DNA of 64,000 nucleotides. Origin: Sandaracinaceae bacterium. GTDB taxonomy: Bacteria; Myxococcota_A; Polyangia; Polyangiales; Sandaracinaceae. Of this stretch, positions 48,372-56,586 are shown one piece after another (the stretch's first letter is position 1; every line of letters begins with the position of its first letter). The stretch is from positions 1 through 64,000 of the forward strand of contig JBGAQA010000014.1 in NCBI GenBank assembly GCA_044220955.1, given 5' to 3'. The notes under the pieces were generated by a model. That model saw only the letters and a list, made by a program, of their open reading frames with translations, was not told where the DNA came from and searched no databases. The translations under genes were made by a program, and so were the position numbers.

Positions 48372-49496
48372 TCAGCGGAGGGAGCGTCCCGTCACGCGGC
48401 TGGCGAGTCGCTTGAGCTCGAACGCAGCGTCGAGGACGAACTGGTCGGTCGCGAACGCGTCGTGCGGTCGCGGCGGCTCGCGCATGATCCGATCGAACTC
48501 CCTCTCGTCGATGCCGAACTTCTTGATCACGTACTCGCGATCGAGCTCGATCTGACGTGGGTCGTAGTGCGGGCGCGTCAGCTCTTCGAGCGCAGCTTCT
48601 CGCGTGATCTGCCGGGAGAGGATGAGCATCGAGAGGTGCAGACGGCGCTTGTCGATCCCGAACTTCGTCGGGAGGATGTAGCCTTGGTAGAAGCGTGTGA
48701 TGATCGATTCGTGGTGCTTGCCCCCATAGGCGCGCCAGCCGATCGACGCGGCCATCTCGGCGATCGCCTCTTCTTTCACGTACCGGACGTACGAGAGCAG
48801 AGGGATCGTCCGCATGCGAAGCACACGCTGCTGCAGCACGTACGAGACCGTGCTCATCTGTGGGACGGTCGAGATCGGTGTGCGCGAGTATGCGCGATGG
48901 ATCGCGCGTAGGTTCCTGAGGTCCGTCTTGCGGTGGTTCCAGGTCGGCGGGAGCGTCGTCTCGGTGCTCGTATTGTCCCCGCTCACCACCCAGCGAATGC
49001 GGAATCGGCGGGCGGTCTGCATCATTCCGGCGAGGATCGCGTGGTCCGACGCCAGCTCGAGATCGACGACCGATGCGCGGAGCAGCGAGAGTTGCAAGTC
49101 GCGGAACTGCGGCCAGTCGATGACGTGCGTGTAGAGATCGACCCCCGCGCCGCGCACCACGCTCTCGATGTTCATGACCGCGAGCTCGCTGTTCCAGCCG
49201 TTGTCGACGTGGACCGCCAGGGGGCGAAGGCCGAGGCGCTTCGCCAGCAAGACCGCGTACGAGCTGTCCACGCCGCCGCTGAGCCCGACGATGCAGTCGT
49301 AGTCGCGCCCGCGACCCTCGACCTTCATCTCCGCGACGCAGCGCTCGAGCTGGGCGTCCGGTGAATGCTCGGCGCTCCTCGCGGCGCGGGCCCGCTCGTC
49401 GAAGCGCCGGCAGTAGCGGCACTCTCCGTGCGCGTCGAGGTCGAGGTCGGGCGCGCTCGTATCCATGACGCAGCGGACGCAGCAGAGGCGGCTCAT
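48372..49496 (-). CDS. N-acetyl sugar amidotransferase (WbpG/WbuX/PseA family)
   Basis: CVRCVMD..CRYC, PP-loop YDCIVGLSGGVDSS, DNGWNSELA, YGGKHHES and KFGIDKR. Confidence 0.92.
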   Translation of the reverse strand: MSRLCCVRCVMDTSAPDLDLDAHGECRYCRRFDERARAARSAEHSPDAQLERCVAEMKVEGRGRDYDCIVGLSGGVDSSYAVLLAKRLGLRPLAVHVDNGWNSELAVMNIESVVRGAGVDLYTHVIDWPQFRDLQLSLLRASVVDLELASDHAILAGMMQTARRFRIRWVVSGDNTSTETTLPPTWNHRKTDLRNLRAIHRAYSRTPISTVPQMSTVSYVLQQRVLRMRTIPLLSYVRYVKEEAIAEMAASIGWRAYGGKHHESIITRFYQGYILPTKFGIDKRRLHLSMLILSRQITREAALEELTRPHYDPRQIELDREYVIKKFGIDEREFDRIMREPPRPHDAFATDQFVLDAAFELKRLASRVTGRSLR

Positions 49497-50263
49497 CGCA
49501 GCGACTCCGCGATCTCCCGGCGCTCGCCGGGCTGCAGGTAGCTGACGAGCACGGCACGGTGCGGACCGTACCAGACGAAGCGCCCACCGACGGCGACGCC
49601 CGAGAGCCCGCCCTGGCGCATCGCCTCGACCATGTCGTGCGTCGCGTTCGCGCCCCCCGCGAGCACCACCGGCACGGGCACCGCGTTTCGCAGGCGGCTC
49701 GCGAGGTCCAGGTCCATGCCTGCTCGCGTGCCATCACGATCGACGGATTGCACGAGGATCTCGCCGGCGCCCGCGCGGGCGAGCGCGGATGCCCAGCGTA
49801 CGGGGTCACGCTCCGGGACGGGTGCGCCGACGTGCGAGTGCACGCGGGCGCGGCCCAGGAGATCCCGCCGCACATCGACGACGCCCATCACGCACTGCGC
49901 TCCGAAACGATCGGACAGGCGGCGGACGGAGCCCAGATCGCGCAGGGCTGCCGTGTTGACGGCGAGCTTCTCGATCCCGAGGCGCAGGAGCTGCCGCGCG
50001 TGGTCTACATCACGTACGGCACCGCCGTAGCAGACGGGCATGAACGCTTCGGAGACGATCTTCTCGAGGAAGGCGAGTCGCGGCGCGCGCCGCTCGCGCG
50101 AGGCGAGGATGTCGAAGATGACGATCTCGTCGACCTCTTTCTCGTTGAAGATGCGGACCACGTTGATCGGGTCGCCGACGTAGGTCGGAGTGGCGAAGCG
50201 CGTGGTCTTGACGAGCCCCTCGCCACGGAGGAGCAGGCACGGGATCACGCGCCTAGCCTGCAT
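49493..50263 (-). CDS. hisF: HisF-like cyclase subunit, glycan-locus (WbuZ/HisF2) type
   Basis: RVIPCLLL..LVKT..YVGDPIN..FNEKEVDE, GAGEI and VDRDGT. Confidence 0.9.
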   Translation of the reverse strand: MQARRVIPCLLLRGEGLVKTTRFATPTYVGDPINVVRIFNEKEVDEIVIFDILASRERRAPRLAFLEKIVSEAFMPVCYGGAVRDVDHARQLLRLGIEKLAVNTAALRDLGSVRRLSDRFGAQCVMGVVDVRRDLLGRARVHSHVGAPVPERDPVRWASALARAGAGEILVQSVDRDGTRAGMDLDLASRLRNAVPVPVVLAGGANATHDMVEAMRQGGLSGVAVGGRFVWYGPHRAVLVSYLQPGERREIAESLR

Positions 50264-50885
50264 CGGTCACCACGTCGGCGAAGTTGCGGAGGATCGTCAT
50301 CCCGTGCCGGTGGCTCTTCTCCGGATGGAACTGCGTTCCATAGAGGTTCCCCGCGTGCACCGCCGCCGCGAATCGCACGCCATATCGACACCACGCGGCC
50401 ACGTCCGCGTCGCGATCGCACACGAGGTGGTACGAATGGACGAAGTAGAAGCGGGCCGGTTCGGTCGCGCGGCCCATCAGCACATCGTCCGTGATCTCGA
50501 CCTCGTTCCAGCCCATGTGCGGGATGGGCAGCGACGCGTCTGGCGGGAGGCGGAACCGGCGGACGTCCGCGTCCAACCAGCCGAGGCCGCGCTCGGCGCC
50601 TTCTTCGCTCTGGCGGGCCATGAGCTGTACCCCGAGGCAGATGCCGAGCACGGGTCGGCGGCGCTCGCGCACCAGGTCCGTCAACAAAGCCACGAGTCCC
50701 CGAGCGCGGAGGTTGCGCATGCCCTCGTCGAAGTGACCGACCCCCGGGAGGACGAGACCGCGTGCGTCGGAGAGCTCCCGTCGATCGCAGCTGATGCGTG
50801 CGCGAACGCCGACGCGCCGGAACATGTTTGCGACCGACCCGAGGTTGCCGAGCCCGTAGTCCACGATCGCGATGTCGGCCGTCAC
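50253..50885 (-). CDS. hisH: HisH-like glutamine amidotransferase subunit (WbuY/HisH2 type)
   Basis: IVDYGLGN, LPGVG, GICLG, PHMGWN, YFVHSY and QFHPEKS. Confidence 0.92.
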   Translation of the reverse strand: MTADIAIVDYGLGNLGSVANMFRRVGVRARISCDRRELSDARGLVLPGVGHFDEGMRNLRARGLVALLTDLVRERRRPVLGICLGVQLMARQSEEGAERGLGWLDADVRRFRLPPDASLPIPHMGWNEVEITDDVLMGRATEPARFYFVHSYHLVCDRDADVAAWCRYGVRFAAAVHAGNLYGTQFHPEKSHRHGMTILRNFADVVTDAG

Positions 50886-50887
50886 CG

Positions 50888-52588
50888 TCAGCCCCGCAGG
50901 AACGCCACGATCTCGCGGACCACCCGCTCGAGACGAGCGGATCCCAACTCGGGAAACACGGGGATCGCGAGAACCTCGCGCGTCGCACGCTCGGCCTCCG
51001 GCATCGAGCCTTCGCGATAGCCCAGGTACGCAAGGGCGGGCTGGAGGTGCAGTGCGAGCGGGTAGTACACCTCGCTGGCGATGCCGCGAACGCCGAGGTG
51101 CTTGCGGAGCTCGTCCCGCCGGGGAGTACGGATCACATACTGGTTCCACACGTGGCCGACGTCGGGGGCGGGCAGGCGAAGCACCTCCGGCGGCAGCTGC
51201 GCCGCCTCGAATGCCTCGCGGTAGGCCTCGGCGTTCCGCCTCCGAGCCTCCGTCCAGGTCGTCAGGTGCGGCAGCTTCACCCGCAGCAGGGCCGCCTGGA
51301 GCGCGTCGAGCCGGAAGTTCCCGCCGATCGCGGTGTGATGGTACTTGGGGCTCATCCCGTGGTGGCGCATGAGGCGCATGCGCGCGGCGAGGGCGTCGTC
51401 GGTGGTCGTGACGAGGCCGCCATCGCCGAACGCGCCCAGGTTCTTCGATGGGAAGAACGAGAACGCAGCGGCCAAGCCGAGCGTGCCGACGTTTCCGTCA
51501 CCGGCGCGCGCGCCGATCGCCTGCGCGGCGTCCTCGATCACCGGCAACCCGTGCTCTCGCGCGATGGCGAGAAGGGCGCGCACGTCTCCGGCCCGCCCGA
51601 AGAGGTGCACGGGCATGATCGCTCTGGTTCGGGGCGTGATCGCCGAGGCGATGCGGCTAGCGTCCAGGCAGTAGCTTGTCGGATCGATGTCCACGAACAC
51701 GGGAGTCGCGCCGACCCGCGCGATCGAGCCCGCGGTGGCGAAGAAGCTGAAGGGCGTGGTGATCACCTCGTCCCCCGGTCCGATGTTCATCGCCATCAGA
51801 GCGAGCAGCAGCCCATCGGTGCCGGACGAGACGCCGAGCGCGTGGGGAACGCCGAGGATCGCTGCACACTCGCGCTCGAAGCTCGCGACCTCGTCGCCGA
51901 GGATGAACTGGCCGCTGCTCATGATGCGCTCGAAAGCGGCACGGAAGGCGGGCAGGAGCGGCTCGTGCTCCGCGGCGAGGTCGACCGCGGGGATGGGGCC
52001 GTCATCGCGCTCGTCCGCAGGGGACCGGACACGACACGCGTCGTCGCTGACGATGTAGGCCTCGCCGGTTCGGGGGCAGAGGGGACGCGGCCCCTCGGGT
52101 AGGCGCTCGCCCGCTCGCGACATCCAACCAATGCGCCGCGCTGGGTTACCCACGACGAGCGCATGTGGCGGTACGTTCTTCGTCACGACGGCACCCGCCC
52201 CGACGAACGAATAGGCACCGACGTCGTGGCCGCACACGATCGTGGCGTTGGCGCCGATGCTGGCGCCGCGGTGCACTCGCGTTCCGCGGAACTCTGTCTT
52301 CCGTTCCACGAACGCGCGGGGGTTGTTCACGTTGGTGAACACGCAACTCGGTCCGAGGAAGACGTCGTCGTCGACCTCGACACCCTCGTAGATCGACACG
52401 TTGTTCTGGACCTTCACGCCGTTTCCGACACGAACCCCTCGGCCCACGAACACGTTCTGGCCGAGGCTGCAGCCGCGGCCGATCCGTGCGCCGGAGGAGA
52501 CATGCACGAAGTGCCAGACTCTGGTGTCGTCCCCGATCTCGGCTCCGGCATCGACGACGGCCGTGGGGTGTATGAAGGCTGCGCTCAT
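50888..52588 (-). CDS. Fused WbpD-like N-acetyltransferase and WbpE-like DegT aminotransferase (566 aa)
   Basis: Hexapeptide region ([29 protein letters not shown]) continues in frame into [20 protein letters not shown] and [16 protein letters not shown]. Confidence 0.88.
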   Translation of the reverse strand: MSAAFIHPTAVVDAGAEIGDDTRVWHFVHVSSGARIGRGCSLGQNVFVGRGVRVGNGVKVQNNVSIYEGVEVDDDVFLGPSCVFTNVNNPRAFVERKTEFRGTRVHRGASIGANATIVCGHDVGAYSFVGAGAVVTKNVPPHALVVGNPARRIGWMSRAGERLPEGPRPLCPRTGEAYIVSDDACRVRSPADERDDGPIPAVDLAAEHEPLLPAFRAAFERIMSSGQFILGDEVASFERECAAILGVPHALGVSSGTDGLLLALMAMNIGPGDEVITTPFSFFATAGSIARVGATPVFVDIDPTSYCLDASRIASAITPRTRAIMPVHLFGRAGDVRALLAIAREHGLPVIEDAAQAIGARAGDGNVGTLGLAAAFSFFPSKNLGAFGDGGLVTTTDDALAARMRLMRHHGMSPKYHHTAIGGNFRLDALQAALLRVKLPHLTTWTEARRRNAEAYREAFEAAQLPPEVLRLPAPDVGHVWNQYVIRTPRRDELRKHLGVRGIASEVYYPLALHLQPALAYLGYREGSMPEAERATREVLAIPVFPELGSARLERVVREIVAFLRG

Positions 52589-53541
52589 CGAGCGCCCCCC
52601 GCGAGCACGAACGGATGCGCCAACGCGTCGTCGCGCGTCGTCGGCGTGTTGCGGAGCGAGTGTACGAGCTCGATCGACGGTCGCGCGACCTCGATGCCGA
52701 ACCCGCGTCCGGCGAGCGTCTCGGCGTACACGCGTGTGTGCAGGTCGGTGAACCCCTCCGAGAACTCGACCTCCGTCCCATCGACGGTGATCGAACGAAA
52801 CGTCGTCTTCGCCGCCGCGCGAGCCGCTTCCGGGAGGTCGTTTCGATCCACCGACAGGAACCACTTCACGCGCGCGCGTTCGAGCTCGACGAACCCCGCC
52901 ATTCGGCGGGGCTCGTCGAGGTGGATGCGGCGGTCCGTTACCGGGCCGAAGAGCCAGCCCAGCAGATCGAAGAAGTGGATGCCGATGTTCGTCGGCACGC
53001 CGCCCGACTTTTCCGGCTGTCCCTTCCACGAGACGTCGTACCAAGGTCCACGGGACGTGACGTACGTCAGCGTGACCTCGCGTCGTGCGCCGACGTCGGT
53101 CGCGAGTTGATCGCGGAGCGACACCAGCGCGGGATGCACGCGGAGCTGTAGGAGATTGAAGATGCGATGTCCCGTCTCTTGCTCGACCTGCTGGAGCGCG
53201 TCGAGGTTCCACGGGTTGATGACGAGGGGCTTCTCGCAGATCACGTCCGCTCCGACCCGCAATCCCATCCGGCAATGCGCATCATGGAGATAGTTCGGTG
53301 AGCAGACGCTCAGCCAATGCACACGCGCGTGCTCCGGCCCGCGACGCAGCTTCTCCAGATAACGATCGAAGCGCTCGAACTCGGTGAAGAAGCGGACGTC
53401 GAACGAGTACTGGTCGAGGATGCCGACCGAGTCCTTCGGGTCGAGCGCGGCCACCAGCTGGTTACCCGTGTCCCGGATCGCCCGCAGGTGCCGCGGCGCG
53501 ACGAAGCCTCCCGCTCCCGTGATCGCGAAGTTCTTGCGCAC
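52585..53541 (-). CDS. wbpB: WbpB/WlbA-like Gfo/Idh/MocA UDP-GlcNAcA 3-dehydrogenase
   Basis: [42 protein letters not shown] and [10 protein letters not shown]. Start GTG 53541. Confidence 0.9.
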   Translation of the reverse strand: MRKNFAITGAGGFVAPRHLRAIRDTGNQLVAALDPKDSVGILDQYSFDVRFFTEFERFDRYLEKLRRGPEHARVHWLSVCSPNYLHDAHCRMGLRVGADVICEKPLVINPWNLDALQQVEQETGHRIFNLLQLRVHPALVSLRDQLATDVGARREVTLTYVTSRGPWYDVSWKGQPEKSGGVPTNIGIHFFDLLGWLFGPVTDRRIHLDEPRRMAGFVELERARVKWFLSVDRNDLPEAARAAAKTTFRSITVDGTEVEFSEGFTDLHTRVYAETLAGRGFGIEVARPSIELVHSLRNTPTTRDDALAHPFVLAGGAR

Positions 53542-53644
53542 CGCGTCTCTCGTGTCCTCGGAGGAAGGGGAGGTGTTGCACGCGCGCAGCCGAGAGTCAC
53601 GCGCAGCCGTTGGGTTGCGTGCGCGCGCCCGCTCGTTCGACGTG

Positions 53645-55537
53645 TCAACGCGAAACGGACGCTCGGGCCGGCGCTCGATCGTCACCCTCGGCACCTCTTC
53701 GGGGCCAGGCCGCGAAGAACCGTCGCTCCGTGGCCGCCGCCCAGCGTTCCGACGGAGCTCCGGGCGCGGCATCGCCCCGGGGCGGTTCCGGGATGCCGAA
53801 GCCTTGTTTGGGGCGCGCAGCGACGGTCGCGCCGACGCGTCGCTCCGCGGCGCGCCTGAGCACACGCTTGAACGTCCCTCGATGCATCTTGAACGCCAGC
53901 GGGAGGCTCATTCCGAGCTCGACGATCCGGTAGTCGAGCAGCGGCGCGCGCGCCTCGAGCGAGTACGCCATGGTCGCCCGGTCGACCTTCACGAGCACGT
54001 CGCTCCGTAGATACGTGACGAGGTCGAGCGCTCCGAGTAGTTCCGGCAGGCTCCTCGCCTGCGCGGCGTCCCAGGCGTACGCGGGGAACGTCGTGCGAGC
54101 GTACCGGAGCAGCGACGGGGGCAAGCGCGTCCGATCGACCGGCTCGAGCGCTTCGCGCTGCCGAGCCGAGTGGAAACGCTCGTACAGGTCGTCGGGGCGC
54201 TCGCTCCGGAGGGTGGCCTGCAGGATCGCCTTCTTGTTCTCGAGCGTCCCGACGTTCAGCCCCAAAGCGCGTACCGAGACCCGCAGCGCCGCAGACCCTG
54301 CGCGGGTCGACAGGAGCTTGCTGGCGATGGAGGGCCCGCCGGGGAACCAGGCCACGCTTCGCCGCATGCGCCACAGGCGCTCCGGGTACCCGAGCCATGG
54401 ATAGCCGAGGAAGACCTCGTCTCCGCCGTCGCCCGTCAGCACGACGGTCACGCGGCGACGTGCGGCTTGCGCGTTCGCCATCGTCGGAATCTGCGAGACG
54501 TCGCCGAGCGGCTCGTCGTAGTACCAGGCGATCTTGGACACCTGTTCGTCGTATGCATCCAGCTCGAGCGAGAGCCGTTCGAATCCGAGCCCGAGGCGCC
54601 TCGCGGTATCCTCGGCGACGCTGGACTCGTCCAGTTTCGGGTCGGCCGATCCGATCGTGAACGCCGTCGTAGAGCGTGGCGCGGCGCGCGCGACACTGGC
54701 CGCCACCAACGACGAGTCGATTCCTCCAGAAAGAAAGACGCCTACTGGGACGTCAGCGTCCAGGCGAATTCGCGTCGCGTCGTCGAGGAGCTCGAGGACC
54801 CGGTCCACGCCGTCGTCGAGGCTCCCGTGGAACACGCGGCCGCACGCCGCGAGCGGATCCCAGTAGAGGCGCGGAATCACGCTCGGTAGACGCTCGCTGG
54901 CGAGCGAAAGGCGCGCGAACGAGGCCGCGGGGAGCTTGGAGATGCCCTGCCAGATGGAGCGGTTGTCCGGCACGTAACCCAGCCACCGGAAGAGCGACAG
55001 GGACGTCTCGTCCACGAGCAAGGGCGCGCCGAGCTCGACGAGTGCCTTGATCTCGGAGGCGAACAGAAGCCGCTGCTCGTCGCGGTAATAGTAGAGTGGT
55101 TTTTTCCCGAGCCGGTCACGCGCGAGCACGATCTCCGTGCGCCGCACGTCCCACAAGCCCAGGGCCAGCATCGCGTTGGTTCGCTCGAGGAACTCCGGCC
55201 CGTGGAGGAGCAGTCCAGCGAGAAGCACTTCCGTGTCGCTTCGCGACCGGATGGGCGTCAGGGGCTCCATCTCCTGCCGGAGCGAGCGATGGTTGTAGAG
55301 TTCGCCGTTGAAGGTGATCGCGCCCCCGGGCCGCTCCATCGGCTGCGCTCCCGCAGGGGAGAGATCGACGATCGCGAGTCGCGCGTGGCCCAGCCAGACC
55401 TCCCAGTGCGCCGTCCGCCCAGCGAGCAGCACGCCGCGCCCATCCGGGCCGCGGTGGCGCAGCGAGCCGACCGCGCGCTCGAGGTCGGGCGCCGTGAGCG
55501 CGCCCGGTCGCACCACCGCGCCCACGATCCCGCACAT
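53645..55537 (-). CDS. asnB: Asparagine synthase-like glutamine amidotransferase, copy 2
   Basis: MCGIVG, HRGPD, RDRLGKKPL, FLSGGIDSS, TGDGGDEVFLGY and KVDRATM. Confidence 0.92.
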   Translation of the reverse strand: MCGIVGAVVRPGALTAPDLERAVGSLRHRGPDGRGVLLAGRTAHWEVWLGHARLAIVDLSPAGAQPMERPGGAITFNGELYNHRSLRQEMEPLTPIRSRSDTEVLLAGLLLHGPEFLERTNAMLALGLWDVRRTEIVLARDRLGKKPLYYYRDEQRLLFASEIKALVELGAPLLVDETSLSLFRWLGYVPDNRSIWQGISKLPAASFARLSLASERLPSVIPRLYWDPLAACGRVFHGSLDDGVDRVLELLDDATRIRLDADVPVGVFLSGGIDSSLVAASVARAAPRSTTAFTIGSADPKLDESSVAEDTARRLGLGFERLSLELDAYDEQVSKIAWYYDEPLGDVSQIPTMANAQAARRRVTVVLTGDGGDEVFLGYPWLGYPERLWRMRRSVAWFPGGPSIASKLLSTRAGSAALRVSVRALGLNVGTLENKKAILQATLRSERPDDLYERFHSARQREALEPVDRTRLPPSLLRYARTTFPAYAWDAAQARSLPELLGALDLVTYLRSDVLVKVDRATMAYSLEARAPLLDYRIVELGMSLPLAFKMHRGTFKRVLRRAAERRVGATVAARPKQGFGIPEPPRGDAAPGAPSERWAAATERRFFAAWPRRGAEGDDRAPARASVSR

Positions 55538-55553
55538 TGGAGCGCGCTTGGCT

Positions 55554-56138
55554 CTATTCCGAGGCCGCCGGCGGGATGTACGGGATCGCCTGATCTGCGA
55601 TCACTGGCGTGAGCGACACGTCCCCCGTCGGCGCGTTCGGGTCAATCTCCGTCACGACGCGGGTCGTGCCCGTCTCGAACATCGACTGGCCGACGCAGAG
55701 GTTCGCGTCGCGCTCGAGCTGCTCGAAGGTCTGGCCGAGCACCGTGATGACCGTGTACTCGTGGTTGCGGCGCCCCACGTCCAGCAGCGTCACGGCCTCC
55801 TGCAGCGAGACGATGCGCTCGTCGAGCGTCTCGATGTGCGCGTTGATCTGCGTGAGCTTGTCGTCGACGCATGTGACGCGGACGACGTCCCCTTCTCGCC
55901 GCCCCTCGTCCAGCATCCCCATCACGCGGCGCTGGAGGCCGTGCGCGTTCGTCTGGATGTGCTCAGCTTCCGCGAGCTGTTCCTCGGGAGTCAGGTCGGC
56001 CCGCCGCTGGACACCCGTGGAGGCGTCTTCGCCGCCCTCGTCGTCCGACGGGCCGGACGCTCCGGAGCCCTGAGCGTAGGCGAAGCCCGCAGCCCCGACG
56101 AGCAAGACGGCACCAATTACCGCGATCTTTCGCATCAT
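55554..56138 (-). CDS. Secreted alpha-helical hypothetical protein with two Cys
   Basis: Signal peptide ending AYA, coiled-coil-like core with TCVDDKL and ANLCVG, Pro-rich tail; GC3-biased codons. Confidence 0.75.
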   Translation of the reverse strand: MMRKIAVIGAVLLVGAAGFAYAQGSGASGPSDDEGGEDASTGVQRRADLTPEEQLAEAEHIQTNAHGLQRRVMGMLDEGRREGDVVRVTCVDDKLTQINAHIETLDERIVSLQEAVTLLDVGRRNHEYTVITVLGQTFEQLERDANLCVGQSMFETGTTRVVTEIDPNAPTGDVSLTPVIADQAIPYIPPAASE

Positions 56139-56165
56139 TCGAACCTCGTCCGACCAGACGCAGCC

Positions 56166-56194
56166 AACGTACCAGTGGCGGTCCGGGGGGTCAA
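56166..56194 (-). promoter_or_regulatory. Putative sigma70 promoter for the leftward operon (56138 to 45907)
   Basis: Minus strand reads TTGACC-N17-TACGTT, 27 bp upstream of the ATG. Confidence 0.6.
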
Positions 56195-56389
56195 CGAGAC
56201 CTGTTGCGAGGCGGGGCCGGTTGGTTCATCCATCGCGCTCCCGCCCACGAGGCGTACCGCGCGATCGACCTCGAAGCGCTCGCCTCGCGTGTCCGGCGCC
56301 GGGTGCTCGTCGACGGTAGGCGGGTGATCGACCTCGTCCGCGCGCGCCGCGCCGGGTTCCAGATCCGCGCGATCGGCCTCCCGCACGGC

Positions 56390-56408
56390 CCCCGCTGAGC
56401 GGGGTTTT
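56390..56408 (+). terminator. Small intrinsic-terminator-like hairpin, or a palindromic binding site
   Basis: CCCCGC-TGA-GCGGGG followed by TTTT, but no confident upstream + strand gene. Confidence 0.3.
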
Positions 56409-56425
56409 CGACGTCGAATTGGCGC

Positions 56426-56455
56426 TTGCGATCGTGCTCCGCGCGTGCGTACCAT
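56426..56455 (+). promoter_or_regulatory. Putative sigma70 promoter for the giant TPR gene
   Basis: TTGCGA-N18-TACCAT. Confidence 0.4.
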
Positions 56456-56586
56456 CGCGCACGACGCAGCGGTGAGCTGCGCGAATTCGCCTATTTTTGC
56501 CTAGGATAATGCGGTTCGTCGCCGGAGCTCGGCGACAGCCGCTCCCGGTCGTTCGACGCATTCGCGAGAGAACGGAGACCCCCCGC

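Larger units (their letters stand above)
17260..56138. other. Surface polysaccharide/glycoconjugate biosynthesis locus (~39 kb)
   Basis: Contiguous run of priming transferase, glycosyltransferases, wzc, ligase/polymerase-like proteins, ABC exporter, nucleotide-sugar and tailoring enzymes. Confidence 0.92.

Noticed and set aside
49493..50885. Histidine biosynthesis operon
   Set aside because: No other his genes. Coupling to a WbpG-like amidotransferase marks these as glycan-tailoring paralogs.
53578..53630. Short direct repeat CGCGCAGCCG x2 between asnB and wbpB
   Set aside because: Only two 10-bp GC-rich copies with no spacer structure; not a CRISPR array and not distinguishable from chance.
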